Notes under the pieces: model-generated
Told to the model about the DNA's origin: nothing
Databases searched by the model: none
Seen by the model: only the letters and a program-made list of their open reading frames with translations
Shown here: positions 63,205 to 64,000 of the stretch, in pieces
Layout of the letters: each line of letters opens with the position of its first letter
Position numbering within the stretch: position 1 is the stretch's first letter
Source of the DNA: an uncultured Legionella sp.
Lineage (GTDB): Bacteria; Pseudomonadota; Gammaproteobacteria; UBA6186; Azoamicaceae
Assembly: GCA_964522825.1 (NCBI GenBank)
Contig: CAZFXA010000002.1
Coordinates: forward strand, 23,626 to 87,625
Reading direction: 5' to 3'
Length of the DNA stretch: 64,000 bases
Position numbers and translations under genes: made by a program

Positions 63205-64000
63205 ATGAGTATTACATACCTAGAAAAAGAAGTGAATGATAAAAGTAAGGCATTAGAACTTGCTAACCAGGAACGAATTTTTGCGCAGATTATAAAACCA
63301 TTCGTGTTTGAAACATGCCGTATTCACTTGTTTCTAGAAGCTGAACTGCCAGACACATTGGAAGTCCATGACACACCTGCTATCGTTTGGACTCTCAAGG
63401 GAAGCTTTGATCTGATTGTGCACGGTAAAAAAGGGATTCAAAGAAGGCCAGCTCCTCGGGGTATTTCATGCACTGTTTTGGAAGTCTTGTTCGAATATCA
63501 TTTGGAAGAAGGGGACCTCTGCTTGCCAAACAACCACGAAGTGGTCCAATGGCTATTCTCACAAGGGGGTCATCTCAGCACAGATCACGCCAAGGTGGTG
63601 AGCTCTTTTCCTCATGCGGCCCAAGAGGGAGATGCGAAGGCCCAATACTATCTGGGTACGATGTATTGGTATGGGATTGGGATAGCCAAGGATGAGGCGA
63701 AGGCGGCGCTTTGGTTTCGCAAGGCAGCTGAGCAATCTCATGCGAGGGCAGAATACGCGCTGGGTGCTATGTGTCTCTATGGCATAGGGGGGATAGCTTT
63801 GAATCACGTTGAGGCTGCGATCTGGTTCCATAGATCAGCAGAACAGGGCTATAGGGATGCGCAATACGAACTTAGCGAAATGTATCTGGATGGCATAGGG
63901 GTATTCTCTGATAGAGACCAGATGGTATTTTGGACTCGTAAGGCAGCGGAACGAGATCACACTGAGGCACAATTCAATCTAGGCTATATGTATTACTGCG
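63205..64000 (+). CDS. Sel1-repeat (SLR) protein, 3' end beyond window
   Basis: Own translation from ATG 63205 (alternative start 63187): MSITYLEKEVNDKSKALELANQ... then SLR units AQEGDAKAQYYLGTMYWYGIGIAKDEAKAALWFRKAAEQSHARAEYALGAMCLYGIGG..AAIWFHRSAEQGYRDAQYELSEMYLDGIG..WTRKAAERDHTEAQFNLGYMYY. It is open to the window edge. Confidence 0.8.
   Translation, partial: MSITYLEKEVNDKSKALELANQERIFAQIIKPFVFETCRIHLFLEAELPDTLEVHDTPAIVWTLKGSFDLIVHGKKGIQRRPAPRGISCTVLEVLFEYHLEEGDLCLPNNHEVVQWLFSQGGHLSTDHAKVVSSFPHAAQEGDAKAQYYLGTMYWYGIGIAKDEAKAALWFRKAAEQSHARAEYALGAMCLYGIGGIALNHVEAAIWFHRSAEQGYRDAQYELSEMYLDGIGVFSDRDQMVFWTRKAAERDHTEAQFNLGYMYYC

Noticed and set aside
6100-64000. Search for attR (a direct repeat of the tRNA 3' end, e.g. 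GGTTCAAGTCCTAGTGGGCCCACC) at plausible right borders (about 41.6, 46.8, 53.0, 54.9, 61.9 and 63.1 kb)
   Set aside because: I found no convincing match by eye in these intergenic regions. I cannot exclude a short or degenerate repeat, or a junction beyond the window. An exact-match computation is needed.

Overview
All calls below come from reading the ORF translations and the DNA by eye. No database search, HMM, folding or GC computation was run.

The window looks like a gammaproteobacterium. Its gene content is Legionellales-like, with ankyrin, Sel1, CaaX and HA-domain proteins (inference).

(1) Positions 1-6.1 kb are a conserved core locus: a solute-binding protein fragment, tsaD, then divergently rpsU-yqeY-dnaG-rpoD, followed by a tRNA(CAU) that looks like tRNA-Ile2.

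(2) An integrative conjugative element (ICE) starts directly at the tRNA 3' end.
- The left arm runs on the minus strand: integrase, AlpA-like excisionase, an orphan gamma-class N6-adenine methyltransferase, and a 1080-aa LuxR-HTH/NB-ARC/TPR STAND NTPase in AT-rich DNA.
- Divergently there is a regulatory and phage-like replication module.
- This leads into a complete F/H-type (MPF-F) transfer operon: traA-L-E-K-B-V-C ... trhF-like peptidase-traW-U-trbC-N-F-H-G-D-I.
- The operon is split between traC and the peptidase by an AT-rich cargo insertion. It holds a decayed endonuclease I gene and a two-gene module whose large protein has two RNxxxH (HEPN-type) motifs.

(3) Downstream of traI there are several blocks:
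- A minus-strand effector-like block with an ankyrin protein ending in a CaaX box (CILM) and paralogous P/S/T-rich proteins.
- A tandemly duplicated SF2 helicase. Both copies are disrupted, and one carries nine in-frame HA-domain repeats.
- About 1.2 kb of decayed, gene-poor DNA.
- A plus-strand regulatory island: two tandem sigma-70 paralogs, a tandem array of an unknown protein family with conserved 5' hairpins, and a LysR regulator.
- An Rpn/YhgA-like PD-(D/E)xK nuclease and a Sel1-repeat protein that runs off the window.

The right-hand ICE junction (attR) was not found.

The most interesting candidates are:
- the tandem-HEPN-like module inside the tra operon
- the HTH-STAND NTPase next to the orphan methyltransferase
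- the tandem sigma-70 paralogs with the adjacent unknown-family array
- the Ank-CaaX protein
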